DNA of 63,367 nucleotides, filler included, from Vannella sp. (Eukaryota), in assembly GCA_023345925.1 (NCBI GenBank). It is 8 parts of 8 records of this genome, joined end to end, with 100 filler letters (N's around TTAATTAATTAA, not from the genome) between each part and the next. Parts side by side here need not be neighbours in the genome. Positions count along the whole stretch, not along the records: positions 43,889 to 54,108 come from JAJQQN010000001.1; positions 54,209 to 63,367 come from JAJQQN010000441.1; 6 more parts are not named here. One strand, written 5' to 3'. Numbering within the stretch: position 1 is the stretch's first letter; each line of letters starts with the position of its first letter. Of this stretch, positions 45,510 to 57,603 are shown one piece after another. Under the pieces are notes generated by a model that was given only the letters and a program-made list of their open reading frames with translations, ran no database searches and was not told where the DNA came from. Made by a program: the position numbers and the translations under genes.

Positions 45510-47420
45510 ATGCTTCGGTCTCTGACGTTGCTGGTGGTTCTTGCTTTTCTTTTTGGAGTTGTTCTTGGGCAGAATGAGACGCTCTCCACGTCGCCTTCTG
45601 TTTCCGTGTCTCTCAGTGTTTCAGAAACGCCCTCTGAGACCCCGTCGCTCACTCCTTCACCTGCTTCCGAGACCCCGACTGCTTCAATCAGTAAAACATC
45701 CACTGATTCACGCACCTCTGAACGAAGTTATTCGATGTCACAGACCGAGTTTTACAGTCGGGATAGCTACGGGATGTGGCCCATCCTTACTCAATCAAAG
45801 ACTCCAACTGAGACTCCACAAACTCCAACTGAGTCTGCTACTACATCACGGACTCTCAGTGAGTCTGCTTCTCCCGAGCCAACGCAAAGAGTCGCTCCTT
45901 CCTCCAGTACTCCCAGCCAGTCTCTTTCTTCTTCGCAAACACTCAGCGAGTCTGCCTCTTCTGAACCGACCCAAAGTATCGCTCCTCCCTCCAGTGCTGG
46001 ATCACCTCCCGGCGCTCCTCCAGGACAAACCCCAATTATTGCCGGACCGCCAGCTAGCGAGTCTGCTTCAACAGGACCAACATCGAGTACCTCAGCATCT
46101 GCCACCGAGTCAACATCTCCCAGTGCACCGGTTCCCCTACCAACACCCAGCACCAGTTCATCCCCCTCTGTAACAGCAACCGAAGGTTTGACTCCTTCTG
46201 CCGAACCCTCAACTTCAGCCGCTCCAACCCGTTCTTCTTCTATCACCATCTCAGCTAGTATAGGACTGACATCAACTGCCTCTCGCACAGTGACCGTGAC
46301 TCGAACATCTTCCTCTTCCAGTTCGGACACTCCCTCTGTAACTGCATCCATTGGACAGACTGCCACGGCTAGTACATCCTTCAGTGTCTCTATTTCTCTG
46401 TCTTCCACTCCTTTGGTTCAAGCAGTGGTGCCTGTCAATGGGTCTAGCGATGTTACTGCTAATCTTGGTGACTCTGCCCAAGTGGTCGTCCCTGCCGGTA
46501 CTTTGCCCGAAGGAACTGTTATAGTCACATCCAGTGTCCCTCTAGAGCGTTCTAACCTGCCTGCTGAAACAGCGCAAGTCGAATTGGCCTCTTCTATAGT
46601 CCTTTTGAGGCTCTTGGACGCTCAGGGACAGCCTTTGCCATTGAAACTTCGTCTTCGAGACTTCAAAGCGGCTCGCATTCAAGTCTGCTTTGAGTTGGAC
46701 CCAATTCTGGTGCTTCAAAGAGACATTTCGGACTTTTGTTTGGCGTTCATCAACGGAAACAACAAATGGCTGTGCGAGGACAATGCCTTGACACTTTCCA
46801 ACAAAACCAGTTCTAGTGCTTGCGGAGTCACTCAAAATGGAGGTTACTTGACCGTTCTCTTGAAGCAGAATGAGGCCGCTGCGGAGCCTTCTCTCCCCAC
46901 CTCTCAGAATTTCACTCTTCCCAGTGGAACTTCCAGCATTACACCTTCTCCTACGCCAGCTAGAACAACTTCTCGAGCTCAAGTTGCATCCCCACCTGGA
47001 AGCCCTTCTGGAGTCGCTTCTGGAGTCTCTGTTGGACCCCCTGTTGGAACCCCAAGCGTTTTAGTAACGCGTGTCTTTGTAACCGTATTGTCTCCTGTTA
47101 ATGTTCCTAATCCAGTGAATGTCCCTAACCCAGTGAACGTGCCTAATCCCGTGAATACTCCCGTTCCTATTGACGTCCCGGTCAACGTACCGGTTCCTGT
47201 TCCCAACCCCATCCCTGTTCCCAATCCCGTCCCTGTTACTAACCCCGCCCCTATTCCCAACCCAGTTCCCGTTCCCGTTCCCAACCCAGTCCCAGTCCCC
47301 GTGCCCGTGCCAGTGCCCGTGCCCGTGCCCGTACCAGTGCCTGAGGCCAACGAAGTCAACACATCGATTCTGATCTCAACGTCCATTGCACTCCTTCTGG
47401 CGGTTCTCTTCGCTTCGTAA
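45510..47420 (+). CDS. Secreted/anchored mucin-like surface protein with degenerate GPS-like domain and Pro-Val(-Asn) repeats
   Basis: Signal peptide, S/T stalk, FCLAFI...WLCED...ACGVTQNGGYLTVLL, (PVNVPN)n and (PV)n, and a terminal hydrophobic tail with no cytoplasmic part. Confidence 0.8.
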   Translation: MLRSLTLLVVLAFLFGVVLGQNETLSTSPSVSVSLSVSETPSETPSLTPSPASETPTASISKTSTDSRTSERSYSMSQTEFYSRDSYGMWPILTQSKTPTETPQTPTESATTSRTLSESASPEPTQRVAPSSSTPSQSLSSSQTLSESASSEPTQSIAPPSSAGSPPGAPPGQTPIIAGPPASESASTGPTSSTSASATESTSPSAPVPLPTPSTSSSPSVTATEGLTPSAEPSTSAAPTRSSSITISASIGLTSTASRTVTVTRTSSSSSSDTPSVTASIGQTATASTSFSVSISLSSTPLVQAVVPVNGSSDVTANLGDSAQVVVPAGTLPEGTVIVTSSVPLERSNLPAETAQVELASSIVLLRLLDAQGQPLPLKLRLRDFKAARIQVCFELDPILVLQRDISDFCLAFINGNNKWLCEDNALTLSNKTSSSACGVTQNGGYLTVLLKQNEAAAEPSLPTSQNFTLPSGTSSITPSPTPARTTSRAQVASPPGSPSGVASGVSVGPPVGTPSVLVTRVFVTVLSPVNVPNPVNVPNPVNVPNPVNTPVPIDVPVNVPVPVPNPIPVPNPVPVTNPAPIPNPVPVPVPNPVPVPVPVPVPVPVPVPVPEANEVNTSILISTSIALLLAVLFAS

Positions 47421-47640
47421 GAGTCGGATTCGACCATAAAGCAAGCAGAATAGGTCCTCTCATGTCCTTTCCCGCTTCCAACGGATCTTTGCCAGCTGCA
47501 ACAAAGAAGGGCCAAATTGGCATCATTCTCATATAGAAAGAAGAAGGAAAGGGCTGGATCATAAGAAAGCACCAAAAAGGGGTTAAAATGGCCATTCGCT
47601 CCTCACCCAAAGTTTGTGAGGTTCCTTGCACTTCCTGTCC

Positions 47641-50600
47641 ATGGGGAACGTTGCGTCGAAGAAGAAAAAGCTGTACTCTTACCCTTATGTGGTCTCAGGG
47701 GCTTCGGAGAGGGTGCTGGACTACGATGCGCTCCCGTCGTTCATGGTAAACGTTCTGGAAGAGCAGAAGGAGCTCCTTGCCGCACAGCAGCAGCTCTGGG
47801 ATACATCAAAGTCCTTCGATGTATGTTTCCTTCCTTCAGAAGCTGCCAAACTGACTCCCTGAAGCCTTTGGAAGCGATTAAGTTGATGAATAGCGTTGTT
47901 GAAGACCGAACCAAGAGCCAGAAGCAGCAAGAAGCTGGTATCTTACAGCCAGTATGGAGTGCGGGTGTTGGCTTTGGGGGAGGTGAATCAGAATCACTCC
48001 AAGCAAAGGACGACAGAGACCGGCAACTGCTCATTGCAGAGGAGCGAGAGGCAGTCCTCATTCATGCATTCTCTCTATTCTGTAAAGCTATACCTCACGT
48101 ACCAAGCAGGTATGAACACTCTGCAAGCTTGGAACAGCGAATAACCGCAGAAAATAGCTCGCTGAAGCGGACACGGCGCTTGTTCAGTCGTTCCCTCATT
48201 CGAGAAGAGCTCAGATCATACACCAAGAACGATAGCATGCTAGATATCTCTCAGCACTTGCTCTTCTACTGGCATGCGTGGAGATTGATGATGACAATGG
48301 CGGGGAATCCGGACCTGTGCGGTTGCATCTTCGTTGGTGGCTTCTACGAGGACATGATTCACTTGATCGAAGTAGCAGAGAAGTACCAAGCTCGTGTAGA
48401 GAAGATGCCGGAGTCTGTACGGGGAGATGCGCCCGGCGCCCGATTGATCGAGGAGATGATCTCCTCCCGTAGTCCCCTTCGAAGGCTTCGTCGCTCGTAC
48501 AGAGAGGCAGAGAAAGGAACAGAACCTACTCCGGAGGGAAAGCGTTCATCTAGGCGCACAAAAAGTACAAAAAATGTGAAAATACTCTCCACTGCCAAGT
48601 CCACGAGCTGTGTCCCTCCAAAGACGTTCATTGCGTTAGGGGATGTATCCAAGGTTTCCTCAAGCTCTTCCAATATCACTCGGAGCAAACGGCGGAAGGT
48701 TGAACCCTCCAAAGAAGAGAATCCCCCGACAATGCCTTTATCAAGGCGCATTCCCTCGCTTGAAAGCTCAGTGGATGATGCCAACGCTTCCTCTAACGCT
48801 GATGTTGACGCCATGCTGGAATTGGATTCCAACTTTGAGTTGGCATCTGCCCTTCAGCTCCAGTCTCCAAGGGAGGCAGTAGATCGGGCTGACTCTCTCA
48901 AAGATCCAAAGCCTTGTCGACCAGTACCTCTTCTGCCTGAAGAATCTTCTGAGCCATCCTCCACGGTAGTAGAGCCGGCAAATGTGGGGATGGAGTATTT
49001 TGAAGTGATTAGCTTGCGAGATGCGCCTTTAAGGCCCAGAAAACGTGGGCAAAGGCGCAAGGGTCTGGATGTAACTGAACAATTCAGCTACCAAGAAGTG
49101 GAGTTCTCTGATGTATCAGAAAGTGCATCGGATAACCCTCTGGACCCTCTGGACCCTCCGGATATCTCTGACTTGTCTTCTCTGAAGGAGCCCGAATTAG
49201 ATACGCCTGATATCTCTCATCTTTCTTCCCTGGAAGAGCCCGAATCAGCTGCTAGAGATATCCCTCACCTGCCCTCTCTAGAGGAGCCCGAATCACCTAC
49301 TCCTGATATCCCTCATCTTTCTTCCCTAGAAGAGCCCGAATCAGCTGCTCGAAAATTCTCTCACCTGCCTCCTCTTGAGGAGCCCGAATCAGCTGCTAGA
49401 GATATCCCCCGCCTGCCTTCTCCAGAGGAGCCCGAATTAGCTACTCCTGATATCTCTCATCTTTCTCCCCTGGAAGAGCCCGAATCACCTACTCCTGATA
49501 TCTCTCACCTGCCTTCTCTAGAGGAGTCCGAATCACCTACTCCTGATATCCCTCATCTTTCTCCCCTGGAAGAGCCCGAATCAGCTGCTCGAGATATATC
49601 TAACCTGCCTTCTCTTGAGGAGCCCGAATCATCTGCTAGAGACATCCTTCGCCGGCCCTCTCCAGAGGGGCCCAGATCAGCTACTCCTGATCTCCCTCAT
49701 CTTTCTTCCCTGGCGGAGCCCGAATCAGCTGCTCGAGACATATCTCACCTGCCTTCTCTAGAGGAGCCCGAATCAGCTACTCCTGATATCCCTCATCTTT
49801 CTCCCCTGGAGGAGCACGAATCAGCTACTCCCGATATCTCTCACCTTCTGGAGGAGCCCGAATCAACTCCTCAAGAAATGCATGTGGATCCATCATCAGC
49901 TGAAAGGACTTTAAGTGCAATCTCGCCAAACACTCCAAGTGACGCTGAAGGAGACCGCACTGCAAGTACGTTTGAGATAATCAAAGAAGAGATAATTTTC
50001 GAATCAACTCTGAACTCGGTGGATGCAGAGCGTGAGAGAGGTGCAAGTGAAAGTCAGGTGACCGCTACCGGCTCACTAGAACAAACAACCGACTCATTAG
50101 AACAGACTGCAATCCTGAGAGACGATGCTGAGACTGAACAAAAGATTGAATTGGACAATCAGTCACAGCAAAGGGAGGGTCATGATTCATCTGTAACCTT
50201 CTCCCTTCCTACTGAGGGAGTTCAAGATCAACTCCTCTCCAGTGTGCCATCAGAAAGATGCACCTCCGAACTACTAGAAACAGAACTTCCTTCCCAAAGT
50301 GTATTCGATCAAGAAGTCTCCAAGGAAGAAGGGCAAGAACCAGGCGACCACGAACCTCCAGCTATTATTCAACCAGAAGGAGGATCCTCAACAGCTCAGG
50401 TTATCTTGATGAATAATGCTGGAGCATTTGAACCTTTGCTAGACGATGCAATGGTATTCTCTCCACTAAAACCTGCGGAAGAGGACAGCGGCCAAAAGAG
50501 CGAATCTCCTCATCACCAACCTTCCGATAAGGTTGAAAGCCAAATAGTTGCACTTGAAGCATGTAGAGATCTCCCATCGCCACTGTTTGAAGGAAATGTA

Positions 50601-52805
50601 AATGACACCACTGGAATAGCCCTCCACGAAGCATCAGAGCCTAATGCGCGAGATCTCGCAAAGCTTCACGATGAAGGAAACTTGCATGTTAATATCTTGA
50701 CAACACTGGATGAGTCTAAACAGTTGAATAGCGATGCAATCACTCAAAAAAGTAGAAAGCGGAGAACATCGAAGTCTCTTGCGGGGCAAGAACTCAAAAA
50801 GTCAAAGAGAACCTCCAAAACGAAGAGGGGAAAGTCTACTCCAAGTAAATTAGGTGAAGTCTCTTCCACTGAAACCAACCCCGTCAATCCTGGCCACTCA
50901 GAAGTGGCAACACTAGATTCAGCTCCTTCAAGTTTATTGGAGAAGAATTTTGGAGAAACTGTTGGTACTCGATCCATGGATACCTCTACCTCAGCCTCTA
51001 TCCAAACAAAAGGAGATGATCTTATCAGTGCACCCAGCGTTGAGGGAGTGCCAGGGCCAGTGGCCTTTTCCAAGGACAACCTCGAAGACTCTTCAACTTT
51101 GAATACGACTCAAAGCACTGAAAAAGACCAACTGCAGAGAGGATCTTTATCAACGAAGAGTGGACGGAGGAAGACGAAGTCTTCTAAACAAAAACTGGAA
51201 GGAGACCAACGGAAGCGCACCCAGAGAAAGAGTAAAAGCGCTCCCCTTTTGATTAATGACGAGATTGGACTCAAAAGCAGTGATACCCAAATGGATGAAC
51301 CTTCGAACCTTGAAGCGAGTGTACCAACCGAAGACATTCGAGTTTCACTTCCCGAAGATTCACAAATGCAGGAGAGAGACTCACGAAAGGCAGCAAAGAA
51401 GAGGGGAAAGGAGTCAAAGAGCAAGGCGAAAACTGGAAGCAGGAAAAGGAAGGAGAAAAAGTCTGTGGGAGCTCCTTCTCCTGCGGAGAGCATGGACCAA
51501 ACTGCCATTGACTCGCAGAATGGCCTTGAAGCCTTCCATGCTGAAAATGTGTTCTCAGCTGAAGCCGGGGTCTCCTCTGTCTCCAACTCTGAGCTAGCCA
51601 ACAGCGCCCAAGGAGAGACTGCATCCCGCTCTGTGCCCGTTGATTTGGCCCAAATTGAAGATAGACCAGAGGAAGACACTATCGAAAAGGAAAGAGGCGA
51701 ATCTGAGAAGGAAAAAGCAAAAGAACAGCAGAACGGGTCTGACAATAACCTTCAGACACCCATTTTTGATTCCTCAGATAACGAAGAGAATCCCCTCCTA
51801 GCTGATGAAGTAGAGATATCAATATCCGAGGATCTTCAAGTTGTTGGACCTCTTGCTCGATCAACAAGTATGATATTCATTATTGAACCCCCAGAAGATG
51901 TCGTCGGCCCAGTCAAGACACCAGACCTCTCAAATCAAACGCAAGCAGGTCATGAAGAGGCATCACAGAGTGAGCGATCATCTAAAAGACAAAAGAGGGC
52001 AAGGAGAGAGACAAAAACAGAAAAGGGATCCCGAAAAAGAGTCAAGAAAGACACAAGAGATCCTTACATCAAGGAGCTTGAACCTCTTGTATTTGATAGT
52101 TGTAGCTTCTCCAGCGTATTAATGGAACAAGGTTCCATGAGCCCTTCTGCTATCAACAGGATTATATTAGAGATTCAATCTCTGGCCGATTCCCTGCCCA
52201 GCTGCCTGACCACAGGCTCTTCCATCTTCTTGCGCACTCATGAGAATCACATCGACCTGATGAAGGCCTTAATCATTGGCCCAGAAGGCACCCCTTATGC
52301 GATGGGTTGCTTTGAATTCGACCTGCGAATCCCTTTGGACTATCCACGGTCGCCCCCACAATGCCAGATAGTGACCACCGGGAATGGCTCGTTCCGCTTT
52401 AATCCTAATTTGTATGCCAATGGGAAAGTGTGCCTCTCTCTGATAGGGACCTGGCCCGGAGCTCCTGAAGAGAAATGGGACGAAAAGGTATCCACACTCT
52501 TACAAGTCTTTGTGTCCATCCAGTCTCTCATTATGGTCCCGGATCCATACTACAACGAACCTGGCTACCAGTTTAGCGAGAACAACGGTGCGAACAGGCA
52601 ATACAATGACCAAATCCGGCGTGGAACAATGCAAATCGCTGTACTGGACCAACTTAAAGACAAAAATAGTGTTTTTGCCGATGTCATTCAAACGCACTTC
52701 CGCCTCAAGCGCGACCAGATTCTACAACAATGCGCTGACTGGCACTTACCTGAGTTCACTCAACCTCTCACCGCCGCACTGGACAAGCTATCTGTCAACA
52801 AGTAA
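47641..52805 (+). CDS. Large ubiquitin-conjugating enzyme (BIRC6/UBE2O/UBE2Z-type UBC at the C-terminus)
   Basis: ALIIGPEGTPY..GCFEFD, YP..PP, RFNPNLYANGKVCLSLIGTW, STLLQVFVSIQSLI..PYYNEPG. The true start MGNVASKKKK is at 47641, joined by intron 47821-47864. Confidence 0.92.
49161..49871 (+). repeat. Coding minisatellite, ~15 x 48 bp (DISHLPSLEEPES[AAR/PTP])
   Basis: GATATC unit starts recur at 48-bp spacing (49161, 49209, ...); the last unit is shortened. Confidence 0.95.
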
Positions 52806-52933
52806 CTAAAACGCTTCTTCATGTGAGCTTCAGACTCAGAAAGGGCTGGAATCCTTCACATTGGGAGCTACATGCTATTGGAGTAGCCAAAACACTCTAA
52901 TTACAAGTTTTTATGGTATTATAGGGTCATTTA

Positions 52934-54108
52934 ATGTCGGGGGCGAAGAGTCGGTCGGTTGAGCGGCCTTCGTTGTGCTTTGGGGTGAAGAACTTCTTTG
53001 TGACGACGCCTCCGCTGTGCACGGATGGGTCGTTTGAAGAGGTTAGAGAGTGTGATATCCCTCGTAGCTTTCTCGTGGCTTCTTTTGGCAAGCTCCAGTC
53101 GATACATCATCCGAACTTGTGCCCGTACATTGATCTGGTTCTTGAGAGCCACGGTAAGGTCCTATCATTAGTGAGATGGTTGGTCTTTCGCTCAGTTCTT
53201 GTTAGGTCGTGTTTTTTTGGTCTCAGAGCACTCCTCGGCGACAATGCGAACGATCTTCACCAGTTCAGACCCTAAAAGTCGTGACTGGGCAAAGGTGTGC
53301 AAGCTCCCGTCTCTAAACGTGTTCTCATTACGACTAGTGGGAGATGAACTTGCGCAAGGCCTGCTTCTATCTCCTTTTGGCCCTAGGAGAGCTGTCAGAG
53401 AGGGGAATCATCCATCATGCACTCTCTGCTGACACTTGTATGATCAGTGCATCGGTTCGTGCCTCTGTTCTACTGCTTAGCTTTCTCATACGACCAACAG
53501 GGAGAAGTGAAGCTGGCGGATTGGGGCGTTTACTTCCTCACAAAGCAAGGGGCATTGGTGACTTTCCCCATCGGGTACTTTCACACTCTTCATCCTGTCA
53601 TTCTTGATCTAACTGTGAAATAGGAAATTAGAATACAGTGCGCCAGAGCTCATTTCGTCTCCTACACCTGGATTAGCTCCGAATTCAAGAGCAAGACACT
53701 TTTCTTCTTTTTGTCATTGGCTAACGCATAACGCAGGTGGACACTTGGGCAGTGGGACTGATGCTGATTGAACTGATAAATGGACACAAGTTGTGGCCAG
53801 GCTGCTCTGAAGCGGATAGAATAATGGAAAACGTGTTAAAGCTTTGCGGATGTCAATCCGGGAACCCACAAACGAGCAAAGGTCTGGACGAACAGATGAA
53901 TGAGAGAGAGAAGAACTCTAAGGCGTACATCAAAGAGACTCTCATGCAGAATCAGGCACTTTGGGCAGAAGTCAGCCCTCCATTGGTCTCCTTCATATTT
54001 CGCTGCCTTTGCGTTGATTTGACCCAACGACCGGACCCAAACCAGTTACTCCAAGATCCTTACTTTCAAGAACATTGGGAGAAGCATTCCAAGCACGCCC
54101 GCTGGGCG
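52934..54108 (+). CDS. TBCK-like pseudokinase domain, 3'-partial, multi-exon
   Basis: HPNLCPYID, VSEH, KLADWGVYFLT..G..V.FPIG..EYSAPEL, VDTWAVG. The catalytic HRD is replaced by HHA. Confidence 0.8.
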
Positions 54109-54517
54109 NNNNNNNNNNNNNNNNNNNNNNNNNNNNNNNNNNNNNNNNNNNNTTAATTAATTAANNNNNNNNNNNNNNNNNNNNNNNNNNNNNNNNNNNN
54201 NNNNNNNNATGAGTGGGATTCATTGGATGAGAGCAGGATAGTCACTCGAGGAACCCAATCTCACTCGTAGATCCCTACCAACTCTTCGATGTCCCTGCAG
54301 CTCCAAAGTGGAATGCAGAGTTTGACTTTCTTGCCATTCTCCGCGTTGCCTCTCGTCATTCCCAGAGACCTAAGAAAAGCACTCCTCTTTCAGCAGATAA
54401 ACTAAAATCGTAAACTGCCCTTGACGTGCTTTTGTTCACACGAAACACATGGCGATGGTGATAATCATGTATTAATCATCATGGAATCACGCCATAATCA
54501 CTTTTTGTGGTCGCGGA

Positions 54518-55969
54518 ATGGAGGACATCGAACACCCAGATGGCCCCTTTTCGGTCCAGCTTCCGGAAGCTGGAGGATTGCAGGATCTTGTTTTGAGCTT
54601 TCGGATCACCTCTGACTTGGGGGAATCAAGTTCGCCCTGTCTGTCAACACCCTTCTGGTTTGCTTCCCTCAAGCGGGCTCACAAGGAGAGCTTCCTACCT
54701 CACATTAGAAGAATGCATGAGACCAGTGAGGAGCCTTCGAACCCGCTCAGCCATCTGCTTTACAAGTGCAAGCAGAGGTTGCAAGTCTCCCGCTTCCCAC
54801 TCCTCCCTCACCAGCCCCTTCGCCATCACACAGACTCTATTGTAAGGGAGACATTTCGGAGGAGTGTGGAGGACTATCTGAACCTCATCTATTACGACTA
54901 CGGCTTTCTCTTGCAAGAGGAGGCGTGTTCCCTTCTGGGTCTTCCTGAATCCATGCATCTCTCGATCATAGAGAGTGCAATGCAGTACAACTATACCCAC
55001 TTCTTTAGTGATGCTCACTCTACACAGGATTCCTCCACTTTGGGTGGTAGGAGAGATCACACTATCTTTCCAGAGGATCCGAACGATCCTCTAGATAACA
55101 TTGGCTGGCTTATGCGAGCGGAGAAGGCCAAGAGAGGGGACTCCCCTGTATATGATGATCGAACAGAAGAGTTTGAGTCCTATTTGGATGATCCCCAGGC
55201 CATTCCCGAGGAATGGAAGACTCAGTTCGTCTTCGTCTTTGTTCCAGGCCTTTATAGCGGCCTCTATAAGAGCTTAGCAGGCTACTTTATCGACAATATT
55301 AAGCCACTACAAGATTGTGGGGTCTCTGTGTGCATCATGGAAGAAATGAGCTCTTTTTCAAGTGTTCTGAAGAATTGTGTCGCAATGGAACACTTCATTA
55401 GAGACCTTTTAGCTCAACCCATTCACACTGGAAAGCAAGCGATACTTATTGGGCATTCAAAGGGTGGTGTGGATAGTATCTCTGCCCTTGCGTTCCGCCA
55501 GAACAAGCTGTTGGAAGACCGCTTAGTGGGAGGCTTGGTAATGATACAAAGTCCCTACGCCGGGTCGCCATTTGCCTTCAAGATAGGCGCATTTCCGGCA
55601 ATGCTGCGAGGGGTTAAGGCGATGAATGACTTGAACTACACTGAACGGCGGAACTTCCTCGAGATGCATCCCTTCCATGTGAAAGATGCAGGAATCCCTG
55701 TTTTGTGCTTTGTGACTGAGGTGGAGCATCCTAAAGGGGCGCTCCGATACAACATGAAGAAGCTACAGAAGAAATATGGAGTCAACTGTGACGGTTTGGT
55801 TGTTCCAGAGGATGCCATTGTACCTGATAGTATGGTCATCAGACTGAAGGAGGTGGATCATGCGGATACCGTTTTCCGGCACCTCACCTCCAACAAAGCC
55901 TCCTCAAGATACCATCCCTCTGCACTGACGATTGCAAGCATCCGGGTCCTTCTCTCCAAGAAAGACTAA
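54518..55969 (+). CDS. Alpha/beta hydrolase (lipase-like)
   Basis: VFVPGL oxyanion motif, GHSKGG nucleophile elbow, QSPYAGSP, DGLVV and DH. Confidence 0.88.
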   Translation: MEDIEHPDGPFSVQLPEAGGLQDLVLSFRITSDLGESSSPCLSTPFWFASLKRAHKESFLPHIRRMHETSEEPSNPLSHLLYKCKQRLQVSRFPLLPHQPLRHHTDSIVRETFRRSVEDYLNLIYYDYGFLLQEEACSLLGLPESMHLSIIESAMQYNYTHFFSDAHSTQDSSTLGGRRDHTIFPEDPNDPLDNIGWLMRAEKAKRGDSPVYDDRTEEFESYLDDPQAIPEEWKTQFVFVFVPGLYSGLYKSLAGYFIDNIKPLQDCGVSVCIMEEMSSFSSVLKNCVAMEHFIRDLLAQPIHTGKQAILIGHSKGGVDSISALAFRQNKLLEDRLVGGLVMIQSPYAGSPFAFKIGAFPAMLRGVKAMNDLNYTERRNFLEMHPFHVKDAGIPVLCFVTEVEHPKGALRYNMKKLQKKYGVNCDGLVVPEDAIVPDSMVIRLKEVDHADTVFRHLTSNKASSRYHPSALTIASIRVLLSKKD

Positions 55970-57016
55970 AACTAGCCACTGAGGGACCAGCGAGTTACCA
56001 ATGCGACATTCTTTGCCCTTATTTGTAGTATTTTCCTAACTCAAGAGATGGTATGGAACCTAAACAACAGCCAAGTGCTGCGGTGGCAACTAATTCATCT
56101 TTTGAGACCTGCTCACGTGCTCTGAAATGGAAAGATACCATTGCGGAAGAGGGAAAAGACTCGTATCGATAAAGAGATCTCGGGAAAAGTACCTGTTTGG
56201 GCAATCAAGCTGCTTTCTGAAACCAGTCTCTTATCATTAAGCTTTCCAAGGAGAGCCTGCACCATTGGTCACATTCCCTTCAGCTCCAGGAAAGGAGCAA
56301 AACGAGTCTTCCTCGAATCAGTTGCTTTCGCTTTCTTCCTCTCAATGATTGATCAGGAGGGTATCAAGGTCTTCCCAACCCAGCATCAAATTGGACAACC
56401 ACATTCACATTAGAAGGCGAGACTTCCCAGCTCTGTTCCCAGTGATTTCTTGGATACTTTACGGATGCTGACGTTGAGATTGGATTCGCCTATCGCCAGA
56501 TGCGTTGAAGACGAAGGAGCGTTTCCGGGTGACTTGACATTTATCCCGTCAGACACCACAAAGCAAACCATTCCAGACAACTCCAAAGTGAAGCTCTTGT
56601 GGATCGGGCAAATGAGGATGTGATGGCTTATGAGAAGATGAGTGAAGATCACCTGATTGGCCACTATCAGGTGAGTCAGCAGAAGGTCTTGCACTACGTT
56701 AGCTCGCACCCATTTGGGTGAATCAATGCCCCCATTCCCTCCAATCTCCCTCTTTGGCGGTCCTTCTGCTCTCGTGGAGGTCACTTTTCTTACGAAATTA
56801 ACCTTCGAAGAGATGAAGAAGTGAATAAACTTGGTCCTGCTCCACTCCAGCAAAGTGTGGCCATTTTTTGTCTTCCCAGTGGGAGGACCTTGCTAGTCGA
56901 GTCGAGTCTCCTGGGCTTGATCGAGTTGTGGTGCAGAGGATCTGCTAGTAGACTTCTCTATTCGCCTTGGACCTCCCCTTTACGCTCCCTTCGCACAAAC
57001 CGGATCTCTTTCCATC

Positions 57017-57526
57017 ATGGGAAGGTTTTCGGACTACTTTGAGAGGAACGGGTTACAGAAGTCACAGATCACTATGGCTGTGCTTGGCTTCAAGTTCTCT
57101 TCGTACGCCATCTGGACAGGAAGCTTAGTCCTGTGCTATCACTTCCGCCCCGTCAGAACCATCTTCACCAAGGTGAGCGGCCCTCGGCGCTTCCACGAGT
57201 TCATCAAGCGGCGGTATCCTGCTCGGTATGAGAAGACAAGCAACTACGTTTACTCAAGTGCTGAACGACTAGCCAATTGGAAGTACTTCAGGCCCATTCC
57301 TGACTTCCTGGGAGTCAATCCCCGGCGCTTTACCCTCGCCTTGGCGGAGAACATGGTTCTTTACAAGACCACCTTGCCCATCACCATCCCCATTCAGATA
57401 TGGATCATCATCCTCGCTCTACGGAAGAACAACAGCGACGTAGACCTGGGAGACCTCCTGACCACCAGCGAGTTTGACGAGACGATCGACAACGACGACC
57501 CCGTCCCCTGTGCTGTCAAAGAGTGA
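57017..57526 (+). CDS. Small membrane protein, weakly FAM210/DUF1279-like
   Basis: Two hydrophobic segments and a LALAE..VLYK...PI.IP pattern. Confidence 0.5.
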   Translation: MGRFSDYFERNGLQKSQITMAVLGFKFSSYAIWTGSLVLCYHFRPVRTIFTKVSGPRRFHEFIKRRYPARYEKTSNYVYSSAERLANWKYFRPIPDFLGVNPRRFTLALAENMVLYKTTLPITIPIQIWIIILALRKNNSDVDLGDLLTTSEFDETIDNDDPVPCAVKE

Positions 57527-57603
57527 GGTAGAACAGCGCCTCTGTAACGATAAACCCTTCACACGCGCCCGTCTCTGCTGGTCGAAGGTCATTCGGTCGT
57601 GGG

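Noticed and set aside
49161..49871. 48-bp periodic array as a CRISPR array
   Set aside because: There are no unique spacers, it is an in-frame coding repeat in a eukaryotic gene, and no cas genes are present.
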